Source: Eggerthella sp. (lineage in GTDB: Bacteria; Actinomycetota; Coriobacteriia; Coriobacteriales; Eggerthellaceae). From it: a DNA stretch of 64,000 nt. The stretch is from NCBI GenBank assembly GCA_030540085.1, contig JAUNWY010000004.1, forward strand, positions 64,382-128,381, read 5' to 3'. The notes under the pieces are model-generated. The model had not been told where the DNA came from and did not search any database. It saw only the letters and a program-made list of their open reading frames with translations. Position 1 is the first letter of the stretch. Every line of letters begins with the position of its first letter. Shown one piece after another: positions 10,460-19,036 of this stretch. A program made the position numbers and the translations under genes.

Positions 10460-11266
10460 ATGCCCATCGAACTGGTTGATTGCCATACCCACACCGTGTT
10501 CTCCGACGGAAAAAGCACTTTTCAGGAAAACATGCATGCAGCCACAGCGAAGGGAATAACCACTATAGCCTGTACTGACCATTGGGGCAGGCCCGACTTC
10601 ATCGATTGCTCCATCGAAGAAGGCAAGCTCGAGCAGTACGCTTCCGCAATTGAAAGCGTACGCGGCGAATTTCCCGAACTCGAAATTGTGCATGGTCTGG
10701 AAGCGGACTGGTACCCAGGCTGCAGCGCCGATCTGGCGGAAACACGCGGCAACGCAACGTTCCTTCTTGGATCCATCCACTATCTTCAGGAAAAGGCACT
10801 CGACTGGAACGAGGACATGCGCATCTGGGAAGAGCTGGGGGCAAACGAGCTCTGGCTGCTCTACACTGAAGAATGGTGCAAGGCGGCAACAAGCGGCCTG
10901 TTCGACTCCATGGCGCATCCCGACCTGCCACGCCTGTTCAGCCTTTCTGGCTACAAGCCTTCGATCGACCTCGCTCCACTGTTCGATTCCATGGCGCGAG
11001 CAGCACGCGAAGGCAAGGTGCACGTTGAGATCAACACTGCAGGCTTGACCAAGGATTTCGCCGACTTTTACCCGCAAGAATCCTTGCTGGAACGTTTTTT
11101 CCAGGCAGACGTGCCGTTAACCGTAGGCTCAGATGCCCACCACGCAAGCCGCATCGGCGACAGCATCACTGAAGCCTACCGCTACGCCCGCCGCATAGGG
11201 TATACCTCCATCGACGCGCCAACCGCCCAGGGAGATTGGCGCAGCATAAGCATCGAAAGCATATAG
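10460..11266 (+). CDS. PHP-family histidinol-phosphatase (HisJ-like)
   Basis: DCHTHT..SDG, TDH, GSIH, AHPDL, EINTAG, VGSDAH metal-binding motifs. Confidence 0.8.
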   Translation: MPIELVDCHTHTVFSDGKSTFQENMHAATAKGITTIACTDHWGRPDFIDCSIEEGKLEQYASAIESVRGEFPELEIVHGLEADWYPGCSADLAETRGNATFLLGSIHYLQEKALDWNEDMRIWEELGANELWLLYTEEWCKAATSGLFDSMAHPDLPRLFSLSGYKPSIDLAPLFDSMARAAREGKVHVEINTAGLTKDFADFYPQESLLERFFQADVPLTVGSDAHHASRIGDSITEAYRYARRIGYTSIDAPTAQGDWRSISIESI

Positions 11267-11282
11267 TGCGCCACCAGTAAGC

Positions 11283-11322
11283 AAAGAAGAGGTATCCGCC
11301 ACAAACGGATACCGCTTCTTTT
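11283..11322. terminator. Intrinsic terminator after hisJ-like gene (probably bidirectional)
   Basis: Stem AAAGAAGAGGTATCCG/CGGATACCGCTTCTTT. Confidence 0.7.
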
Positions 11323-11432
11323 GGTTTTCCCAAATGGCATGCGCTTTCGAGAGCATCACGAATTGCCCGGTAGTAGCGCTTTGGGTAACTGCCTATCCTG
11401 CAACCAGGCGTTTTCCGCCACAGAAAACAGGC

Positions 11433-12836
11433 TTATTTGTGCAGATCCTCCACTTCCGCAAGATTGCCGAAGGCCCTGATATAAATGCGCAAAGCACGCT
11501 TCAGCTCTTCTTCGGCAATGCCCTCGTTAGCGGCATGCATACCCCCTACCCAACTCGGCACGGGATACGCCCCCTCTTCTGCCGGACCAAAGCTTACGGC
11601 ATTGGGGAACTCGCGGGCATAGGTGCCACCTCCCATAGTGAAAGGACGCACCTGCTTACCCGTAGTCGAGCAATACGCATCCATAAGCGCACGAACAGGA
11701 GCAGTATCGGGATTCACCACGAAAGGATCCTTGCAAGCAGTAACGACAAGCGAAGCGCCTTGAGCATGGGACAACGCCTCGAATGCAGCACCAAGCTCGC
11801 TGCCGGTAATTGCGGCAGGGAAACGAATGTCCTCTGTCACGACAAAAGTCCCATCGACCTTGTTCATCATGCCAACAACGCTGGTTAAGCTGCCAAAATC
11901 AGCATCCGAACAGGCAACATTGGCAATTGCCCCATCAGTACATTCGGCCATGCTTGCCGCAAAACGCAGCCAAGCATTTTCCTCATCCGAACACGCATTG
12001 GCAGAAAGAAGATAGCGGCACAGAATGCCAATGGCATTCACCGTACCTTCAGGAAGCGACGCATGCCCCGCAATACCCGTTGCGGTAACAAGAGCCCCCT
12101 CTTCGCAAGAGGCAACTTCTATGCAGTCTGCCTTCGGCAAGCTTCCTGCGTCAACCCGCACCACGGCACGCGCTATACCGGGCACAGCATTGGGAGCCGT
12201 GCCTGCCGTGAAAGATACAATGGTGCCCTCAATGATTCCAGAGGTGAACGTTGCCCCGAACTGCCCTTTCTCGCCATAGCACAAGGGGAATTCGGCATCG
12301 GGGGTGAACAGGAAATCGGGGGCATCATTCTGCTCCAAGTAGTAAGGGGCATCGCCCATCCCCGACTCCTCATTGCAGCCGAAAATGAAACGCACCGCAT
12401 GGCGCAGGTTCGCACCGCGATCAAGCCAGAATTTCAAGCCATACAACGCCGTGAGCAGGGGTGCCTTATCGTCGGAAGTTCCGCGCCCCACAAGCACGCC
12501 TTCCTTGCATGTGAGGCTGAACGGATCGAAATCCCAACCCTCCCCAGCAGGAACCACATCAACATGGCCGATAACGCCAATCTGCTGCCCGCTTTCGCCT
12601 GGCAAATCGGCAAAACCGGCATACCCATCTCCGTCATGGGGCTCCAGCCCCATACGCTGCGCAATGGCAAGTGCTTCGTCAAGCGCCGCACGGGGCCCCG
12701 GACCGAAAGGAGCACCAGGTGCTGCATGTTCAGCATCAAGCGAGCTGTCAATGGAAATCAATCGTTCAGCATCGGCTAAAAATGCCGGCCACTGCTCCGC
12801 AACAAATGCCTCAATATCTTCCTCGGCTACCTGCAT
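11433..12836 (-). CDS. M20 family Mn/Zn dipeptidase (PepV/Sapep-like)
   Basis: GHVDVVPAG, GRGTSDDK, NEESG, TPDAEFP..GEKG, GHASLP, GGGTYAR, HAANE. Confidence 0.85.
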   Translation of the reverse strand: MQVAEEDIEAFVAEQWPAFLADAERLISIDSSLDAEHAAPGAPFGPGPRAALDEALAIAQRMGLEPHDGDGYAGFADLPGESGQQIGVIGHVDVVPAGEGWDFDPFSLTCKEGVLVGRGTSDDKAPLLTALYGLKFWLDRGANLRHAVRFIFGCNEESGMGDAPYYLEQNDAPDFLFTPDAEFPLCYGEKGQFGATFTSGIIEGTIVSFTAGTAPNAVPGIARAVVRVDAGSLPKADCIEVASCEEGALVTATGIAGHASLPEGTVNAIGILCRYLLSANACSDEENAWLRFAASMAECTDGAIANVACSDADFGSLTSVVGMMNKVDGTFVVTEDIRFPAAITGSELGAAFEALSHAQGASLVVTACKDPFVVNPDTAPVRALMDAYCSTTGKQVRPFTMGGGTYAREFPNAVSFGPAEEGAYPVPSWVGGMHAANEGIAEEELKRALRIYIRAFGNLAEVEDLHK

Positions 12837-12860
12837 GGGGCACCTCTTCCTTATGAAATG

Positions 12861-12890
12861 AAAATGCGGGCTGGCAAGTGCCGGCCCGCA
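12861..12890 (-). terminator. Putative terminator hairpin after hydG
   Basis: Stem TGCGGGCTGGCA/TGCCGGCCCGCA followed by TTTT on the minus strand. Confidence 0.55.
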
Positions 12891-12907
12891 ACTAATCTTA
12901 TCGCTCT

Positions 12908-14350
12908 TTAGAATCTGAAATCGTTTCCCGTTCCTGCAAGAATTTCGCCAACATGCCGCTCGGCAACGAGACGCGTCTTTTCGTTGGGAATGTTCAACAG
13001 TTCACGCTTAACCATGGCAAGGCCCTTTTCCTTGGTTTCGGGAGTGGCGTAATCGGCCAAGTACTCCGTAAGCGTCATCAGGGCATTCGGATGGCAGTAG
13101 TTAAGGATCTCACCGTTCTTGCAGAAGCTCATAAACCTATCGCCCGTGCGCCCTGCACGATAGCAAGCCGTGCAGAAGCTAGGTATGTGGTTATTGTCCA
13201 TCAACCAGCCGATAACCTCATCGAGCGTGCGCTGATCCGATACGTCAAACTGCTCGGTATCATGCGGGCGCTCCGGCTCGTTGTAGCCGCCAACACTGGT
13301 GCGGGACCCACCGGAAATCTGGCTTACGCCATACTGTAACGCGTGCTCACGCACCTGCTGACCTTCGCGAGTAGAGATAATCATGCCGGTATAGGGTACG
13401 GTGATGCGAATAAGGGCAATGATCTTCTCGAACATCTCGTCGGGAATGCCGTTGTCGAACACCTCAGGGTCGATATCCATCGCAGGCTTAACGCGCGGGA
13501 CACTAATGGTGTGAGGGCCCACGCCATGCACTGCTTCCAAGTGCTCAGCATGCATGATCAAGCCGGCAAACTCGTAGCGATACCCCTGCAACCCGAACAA
13601 AACGCCCAGACCCACGTCGTCGATGCCGCCTTCCATGGCGCGATCCATCGCTTCGGTATGCCAGTCGTAATTGCTTTTAGGGCCCGTAGGATGCAGCTCC
13701 TGGTAACCCTTCTTGTTGTATGTTTCCTGGAACAGGATGTACGTGCCGATTTCCGCTTCTTTAAGCATGCGGTACTCTTCGACCGTAGTTGCGGCAATAT
13801 TCACGTTAACGCGCCTGATAGCGCCATTTCGATGCCTGATGGAATAGATGGTTTCCATGCTTTCCAGGATGTATTCGATGGGGTTGTGTTTTGGATCTTC
13901 GCCCGCCTCGATGGCCAAGCGCTTGTGGCCCATATCCTGTAGGGCAACAACCTCATCGCGGATCTCTTCCTGAGTGAGCTTCCTGCGGGGAATGGTGCGA
14001 TTCTTTGCGTGGTACGGGCAATACAGGCAGCCGTTCACGCAATAGTTAGAAAGATACAGCGGTGCAAAGAGAACAATGCGATTACCGTAATAGGCCAGCT
14101 TTATCTGACGCGCCAGTTCTTTGATTTCCTTATTGATCTGCGGATCTTCACACGCCAGAAGAACGCTTGCCTCGCGATGGGTTATAACCGCACCGTGATC
14201 TGCGGAAGGGTGCAGGTTGGCACGTGCCTTGTCCAAAATGCGGCGGCACAACTCGATATCATCTTTATGCGCATCAGCGTAGGCAAGGGAATCGAGGATC
14301 TCTTCGTGGCAGATGAACTCGTCTGCCTTGTTTGAGCTTACGTCGTACAT
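12908..14350 (-). CDS. hydG: [FeFe]-hydrogenase H-cluster radical SAM maturase HydG
   Basis: FAPLYLSNYCVNGCLYC radical SAM motif; C-terminal SFCTACYR..C auxiliary cluster motif; hydrogenase context. Confidence 0.95.
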   Translation of the reverse strand: MYDVSSNKADEFICHEEILDSLAYADAHKDDIELCRRILDKARANLHPSADHGAVITHREASVLLACEDPQINKEIKELARQIKLAYYGNRIVLFAPLYLSNYCVNGCLYCPYHAKNRTIPRRKLTQEEIRDEVVALQDMGHKRLAIEAGEDPKHNPIEYILESMETIYSIRHRNGAIRRVNVNIAATTVEEYRMLKEAEIGTYILFQETYNKKGYQELHPTGPKSNYDWHTEAMDRAMEGGIDDVGLGVLFGLQGYRYEFAGLIMHAEHLEAVHGVGPHTISVPRVKPAMDIDPEVFDNGIPDEMFEKIIALIRITVPYTGMIISTREGQQVREHALQYGVSQISGGSRTSVGGYNEPERPHDTEQFDVSDQRTLDEVIGWLMDNNHIPSFCTACYRAGRTGDRFMSFCKNGEILNYCHPNALMTLTEYLADYATPETKEKGLAMVKRELLNIPNEKTRLVAERHVGEILAGTGNDFRF

Positions 14351-14413
14351 CAGTGGTTAACTTCCTCTATCTTTGAACTAAAAATAAGTATACGGAACTA
14401 TTCGCACGCGGCA

Positions 14414-14716
14414 TTATGCCGTTTTGGGATAAACAGTCTTGCTGGAAACCCCAGAGATCATACCGAGCTTCCCAGCAAGGGCACTCACCACATCTTCGGG
14501 CGCGTCGAGCGCAATGCTAATGATCGACATCTCCTTTTCGCGATAGGGAATTCCCATTCTTCCGACAATGTACTGTCGGTTCAGATGAAGAAGGGAGTTC
14601 ACCAATTCAGCCGAATCAGGGTTCTGAACGATAATGCCGATCAAGGCAACTCTATTCGATCCATCATTCAATTTCACTGCAAGTACCGCCTGCCTTTCGA
14701 TTTCATCCTTTGGCAC
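14414..14716 (-). CDS. TM1266-family iron-only hydrogenase system putative regulator (ACT-like); true start may be near 14677
   Basis: RVALIGIIV..VNSLLH..IVGRMGIPY..SIISI..SALAGKLG..GVSSK; directly upstream of hydG. Confidence 0.85.
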   Translation of the reverse strand: MPKDEIERQAVLAVKLNDGSNRVALIGIIVQNPDSAELVNSLLHLNRQYIVGRMGIPYREKEMSIISIALDAPEDVVSALAGKLGMISGVSSKTVYPKTA

Positions 14717-14887
14717 AAATTAGAACAAGTGTTACGATATGGCAAATAATAATACCAATCGGTCGCGAGCGGATTCGTTCGGCTCCCGATCGGATGCAAA
14801 ACGTCTCTTCTCCGTCCGGGCTTAGGTTCATTTCTGACCCGTAGGGTGCAATAGGCACAATCGGAACCCGGAAGACGGAGGTGTACC

Positions 14888-16060
14888 TTGAGCGAAATCA
14901 AGGATGCAATCTTATCCGACGGCGTAATCTCCATCAGCGGCGAATGCAAAGGCTGCGACGACTGCGTTAAGGTCTGCCCTGCAGGAGCGATTACCGTCAA
15001 CGGACTCGGAACAAAGCACGTCATCGACCCTTCTCTCTGCGTAAACTGCGGGCAATGCCTGATCACATGCCCCTTCGCACGCATCGAAGATGTCAGCATG
15101 GTAGGCGAGGTCAAGGCAGCAATGGCTGCAGGCAAGCGCGTCATCGTCCAAGAGGCGCCCGCTGTGCGCGTTGGCCTTGGCGAAGGATTCGATATGCCCG
15201 AAGGCTCAAATGTCCAGGGCAAGATGTACGCCGCGTTGCGCAAGCTCGGTTTCTCGGAGGTATACGACACGCTGTTCGCAGCAGACCTCACCATCATGGA
15301 GGAAGGGTTCGAGCTGATCGGCCGTGTTCGCAAAGCACTCGGCGTAAGCGGCAACGAAGAAGCAGGCCCCCTGCCCCAGTTCACCTCCTGCTGTCCTGGA
15401 TGGGTTCGCTATGCCGAGCTCAATTACCCAGAGCTGCTACCCCATCTTTCCACAGCAAAATCGCCGATGATGATGCAAGGCGCCATCACCAAAACCTACG
15501 CTGCGAAAAAGCTTGAAGTGCCCGCATCCGACATCTACAGCGTTGCCATCATGCCGTGCACCGCAAAGAAGTTCGAGTGCTCTCGCCCTGAATTCATCTC
15601 GAGCGGCTACGACGACGTCGACGCCGTGCTCACCACGCGCGAACTCGCCGCTTGGATCAAAGAAGAAGGCATCGACTTCGCAAATCTCCCCGAAGAAGAA
15701 GTTGACAAGCTCATCGGCACCGGCTCAGGCGCTGGCGCGATCTTCGGCGTAACGGGTGGCGTTATGGAAGCTGCCCTCCGCACTGCCTACGCGGTACTGT
15801 CCGGCAACGAACTCGAGAATCTCGATATCGAAGCAGTGCGCGGCGACGATGGCCTTCGCGAAGCAACCATTCCCATTCCCCTTGAAGACGGTGGAACGCT
15901 CGAGGTGAAGGTCGCCATCGTCAACGGAACCAAATTCGTCGATGAAGTTGCCAAAAAGGTCATCGAGGGCAACTCCCCCTACCACTTCATCGAGGTAATG
16001 AACTGCTCAGGCGGCTGTGTCAATGGCGGCGGCCAGCCCATCAACCACGCAACCTTTTAA
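14888..16060 (+). CDS. hydA: [FeFe]-hydrogenase group A large subunit (2x[4Fe-4S] plus H-cluster; exported type)
   Basis: Two ferredoxin motifs CKGCDDCVKVCP and CVNCGQCLITCP; H-cluster motifs TSCCPGW, MPCTAKKFE, EVMNCSGGCVNGGGQP; ends right after L3; TTG start with RBS GGAGGT. Confidence 0.93.
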   Translation: MSEIKDAILSDGVISISGECKGCDDCVKVCPAGAITVNGLGTKHVIDPSLCVNCGQCLITCPFARIEDVSMVGEVKAAMAAGKRVIVQEAPAVRVGLGEGFDMPEGSNVQGKMYAALRKLGFSEVYDTLFAADLTIMEEGFELIGRVRKALGVSGNEEAGPLPQFTSCCPGWVRYAELNYPELLPHLSTAKSPMMMQGAITKTYAAKKLEVPASDIYSVAIMPCTAKKFECSRPEFISSGYDDVDAVLTTRELAAWIKEEGIDFANLPEEEVDKLIGTGSGAGAIFGVTGGVMEAALRTAYAVLSGNELENLDIEAVRGDDGLREATIPIPLEDGGTLEVKVAIVNGTKFVDEVAKKVIEGNSPYHFIEVMNCSGGCVNGGGQPINHATF

Positions 16061-16071
16061 GGGGAAAAGCT

Positions 16072-16482
16072 ATGACGCATAAAGAACGCATTATCGGCGA
16101 TCCTAAAGGGATTACCCGCCGACAGGTTGTCAAAGGCGCGGTAACTGCAGCCGTCGCGCTGATCCTTTCCAGTGGCGTTGGAGGAATCGCCCTTGGCGCA
16201 TTCGAAAAAGCCAAGAAATACATCGGCAACCGCACGAACGGCCTCTACGGTCAAGACGCTGGCATGACGCTTAGGACATCGCACACGAACCCCGAAATCA
16301 TCGAGTTGTACAAGAGCTATCTATCCCCTGGAGCAGTACAACCCGCAACGACGGAGCTCTCCCATCGTCTGCTTCACACAAAATATGGCAAAGAGGCGCT
16401 TGAACTGGCAGAAGAGCTCAAGAAGACGCCCATCACCGCCGCCGAAATAGAGACCCAGGCCATCATGGCCAAGATCTCCTAA
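16072..16482 (+). CDS. hydB: [FeFe]-hydrogenase small subunit with Tat signal
   Basis: TRRQVVK twin-arginine motif plus hydrophobic stretch; small-subunit signature LY..D..R.SH.NP.I..LY..YL..SHRLLHTKY. Confidence 0.88.
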   Translation: MTHKERIIGDPKGITRRQVVKGAVTAAVALILSSGVGGIALGAFEKAKKYIGNRTNGLYGQDAGMTLRTSHTNPEIIELYKSYLSPGAVQPATTELSHRLLHTKYGKEALELAEELKKTPITAAEIETQAIMAKIS

Positions 16483-16499
16483 TCGGGAAGGAACAAACA

Positions 16500-17249
16500 A
16501 TGAGTGAAATGGAAATAACCAACCCAGCCGCAAAAGAGGAACCTGGCGTAACCATTAAGGTATTCAAGCACCACATCGCAACAAGGATCATGCATTGCTG
16601 CGTGGCACTCGGGTTCGTCACCTGCGGCGTAACCGGCATTCTCCTCTTCGCCGGAGTCGAGATCCCCCGCGACACTGCGGCGCTCCTGCATTGCCTGATG
16701 GGCGCCCTCTTCATCGGCGCTCCCACCATTTATGCGATCACCAGATTCCGCTATTTCGCCCGCTTCTCCGACACGGTAACCCACTACGACAAAGACGACC
16801 TTGGCTGGGTTACGGCACCAATGGGCGGCTACCTTGACCCGTTCATTCGTCGCAATGGCGAAGAGAGCTACGTACCTCCCCAAGACAAGTACAACGCTGG
16901 CCAGAAGGGTGCGGGCATCTGCCTTATGCTCGGCGGCATAGCCCTTGCCATCACCGGCTTTCTTATGTGGGGCAACACCGCTGAGGGTATTTTCGGAGTA
17001 GTGAAGTTCGACATGTCGCCGGGCATGACCTGGTTCATCTGGACGCTTCATTTCGTTGCATGCGTCTGCATGATCCTAGTGTTCTGCGTCCACTTCTTCC
17101 TTTCCGCAATCCACCCCGTAACACGCGTTGAATTCTTCACCATGTTCGGCAACGGCATTGCCGATTACAACTACACCAAGAAGAAGCACGGCAAATGGCT
17201 CAACTCCCTTGAGGTTATCAAGGAACGAGAGATCCCCGACAGCAAGTAA
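16500..17249 (+). CDS. Membrane cytochrome b subunit (FdnI/formate dehydrogenase gamma-like)
   Basis: Four TM helices with His ligands (RIMH, LLH, TLH, CVH) and PPQDKYNAGQK motif. Confidence 0.85.
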   Translation: MSEMEITNPAAKEEPGVTIKVFKHHIATRIMHCCVALGFVTCGVTGILLFAGVEIPRDTAALLHCLMGALFIGAPTIYAITRFRYFARFSDTVTHYDKDDLGWVTAPMGGYLDPFIRRNGEESYVPPQDKYNAGQKGAGICLMLGGIALAITGFLMWGNTAEGIFGVVKFDMSPGMTWFIWTLHFVACVCMILVFCVHFFLSAIHPVTRVEFFTMFGNGIADYNYTKKKHGKWLNSLEVIKEREIPDSK

Positions 17250-17315
17250 CGCCCCCCAACCCTGGTGCACACCGAAATGTCCTACAAAACTTCTACCCTG
17301 ATATTTCGGTTACAC

Positions 17316-17349
17316 AAGAGGATCATTCGCTCGGATGATCCTCTTTTTT
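17316..17349 (+). terminator. Intrinsic terminator closing the hydA-hydB-cytochrome b operon
   Basis: Stem AAGAGGATCATTC/GGATGATCCTCTT followed by T-run. Confidence 0.8.
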
Positions 17350-17422
17350 ATTCAGCCCGAAACCCAAACAGCGGCATAATCGAAGAAATCAGTCCCTTTG
17401 CCTCATGAAAAGGAGCGCAGCC

Positions 17423-18808
17423 GTGGCAACATCATTCCAGTCTTCAAGTTCAACGCTTCTCAAAGAAAGCGGCCCTGCACTCATGCGTACCCCCAAGGGC
17501 ATGCGTATGGCAATCGGCTTATTCGGCAGACGCAATGTAGGCAAATCAAGCGTGCTGAACGCCATTACCAACCAGCAAACCAGCATCGTTTCCGCCGTTG
17601 CAGGCACCACTGCCGACCCTGTAGACAAGCCCATGGAGCTTCTACCTTTGGGCCCCGTGCTGTTCGTCGACACTGCAGGCATCGACGACGACCAGGAAAC
17701 CGTAGGAGAGCTGCGCACTCAACGCACTAAAAAGGTATTCGACCGTTGCGATATGGGCGTCATCGTAACCGAGGCAGGCATCTGGGGCCCCTACGAAGAA
17801 GAGATCGCCGCTCAGCTTTCCAGCCGAAACATCCCCTTCATCATCGTGTGCAACAAAACGGATCTGCTTCCCGTTGGCGTCCGAGGGTCCAATTCCAACT
17901 CACCCAGCTCGGCTGAAAGCCGCACACCGCGAGGAACCGTCGTCGATCCCCGGCAAGAAGCGCTTATCGAAGCATGCCGCAGCGCCCTTCCCCATGACCT
18001 CCAGCAAAAACCTCTGGTTTGCATGTGCGCAGCAAGAAAAGAAGGCGTGCTTGAGCTACGCCAAGCCCTGCTCGACAACGCACCCGAAGAGTTCGTGAAC
18101 GACCCTAAGATCATCGGAGATATCATCGATCCAGGCTCGGTGGTTATCTTGGTTATCCCCATCGACAAAGAAGCGCCGAAAGGGCGCCTTATCCTCCCCC
18201 AGGTTCAGGCCATACGCGATTTGCTCGACTCCAGCTGCCTTTCGCTTTGCGTTACCGACAAGGAACTGCCGCGCGCTTTAGCGGCGCTGAAAGAACCGCC
18301 CGCCTTGGTGGTCACCGATTCCCAGGCGTTCGACAAGGTGGCGGCAATCGTGCCAGAAGACGTTCCCCTTACCGGCTTTTCCGTTGCATTTGCCCGCTTC
18401 AAGGGAGACTTACCCACCCAGGCCCTAGGAACGCTCGCCATTGGTGAACTCACGGAAAACTCCCGCGTGCTTATCGCGGAAGCCTGTACCCATCACCCCA
18501 TCGAAGAGGATATCGGCACGGTGAAGATCCCCCGCCTGCTTCGCGCCCGCATCGGGCAAGGACTTACTATCGAAAACGTGCGAGGCGTAGATTTTCCAGA
18601 AGATCTTTCAAGCTACGACCTGGTAATTCACTGCGGAGGCTGTACCTTCAACCGTCGCGCCGTGCTCTCCCGCATTCAAGCATGCGTACACGCGGGCGTG
18701 CCGGTTTCCAACTACGGGCTAACGCTTGCCTACTTGATGGGCGTATTCGATCGTTCCATCAAGGCATTTCCCGGCATGGAGCAATTCCTGGAAGAGAACC
18801 AACACTAA
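17423..18808 (+). CDS. hydF: [FeFe]-hydrogenase maturation GTPase HydF
   Basis: GRRNVGKSS P-loop, GTTADPV, DTAG, NKTD, APKGRLILPQ, EACTHH..HCGGC. GTG at 17423 has RBS AGGAG; the ORF track starts at 17405. Confidence 0.95.
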   Translation: MATSFQSSSSTLLKESGPALMRTPKGMRMAIGLFGRRNVGKSSVLNAITNQQTSIVSAVAGTTADPVDKPMELLPLGPVLFVDTAGIDDDQETVGELRTQRTKKVFDRCDMGVIVTEAGIWGPYEEEIAAQLSSRNIPFIIVCNKTDLLPVGVRGSNSNSPSSAESRTPRGTVVDPRQEALIEACRSALPHDLQQKPLVCMCAARKEGVLELRQALLDNAPEEFVNDPKIIGDIIDPGSVVILVIPIDKEAPKGRLILPQVQAIRDLLDSSCLSLCVTDKELPRALAALKEPPALVVTDSQAFDKVAAIVPEDVPLTGFSVAFARFKGDLPTQALGTLAIGELTENSRVLIAEACTHHPIEEDIGTVKIPRLLRARIGQGLTIENVRGVDFPEDLSSYDLVIHCGGCTFNRRAVLSRIQACVHAGVPVSNYGLTLAYLMGVFDRSIKAFPGMEQFLEENQH

Positions 18809-19036
18809 AACCGCAACCTTATAGCGGACAATTGCATCCACGGGTATCCGATTTCCATGGGTGCAATTTCATTTTGTTGCCGCTCGTCGGTAAACCAACC
18901 CCGCTCGCCCTTGACCGTTGTTATACTTTGTATAAGCATACGCGCTCACAGGACAAAGCGCCGATTCCGTTTCGGCGGGGCCGTATGCATAAGGCTGGGA
19001 ACACCCAGCTCAACCATACAAACCGAGGAGAATTCC

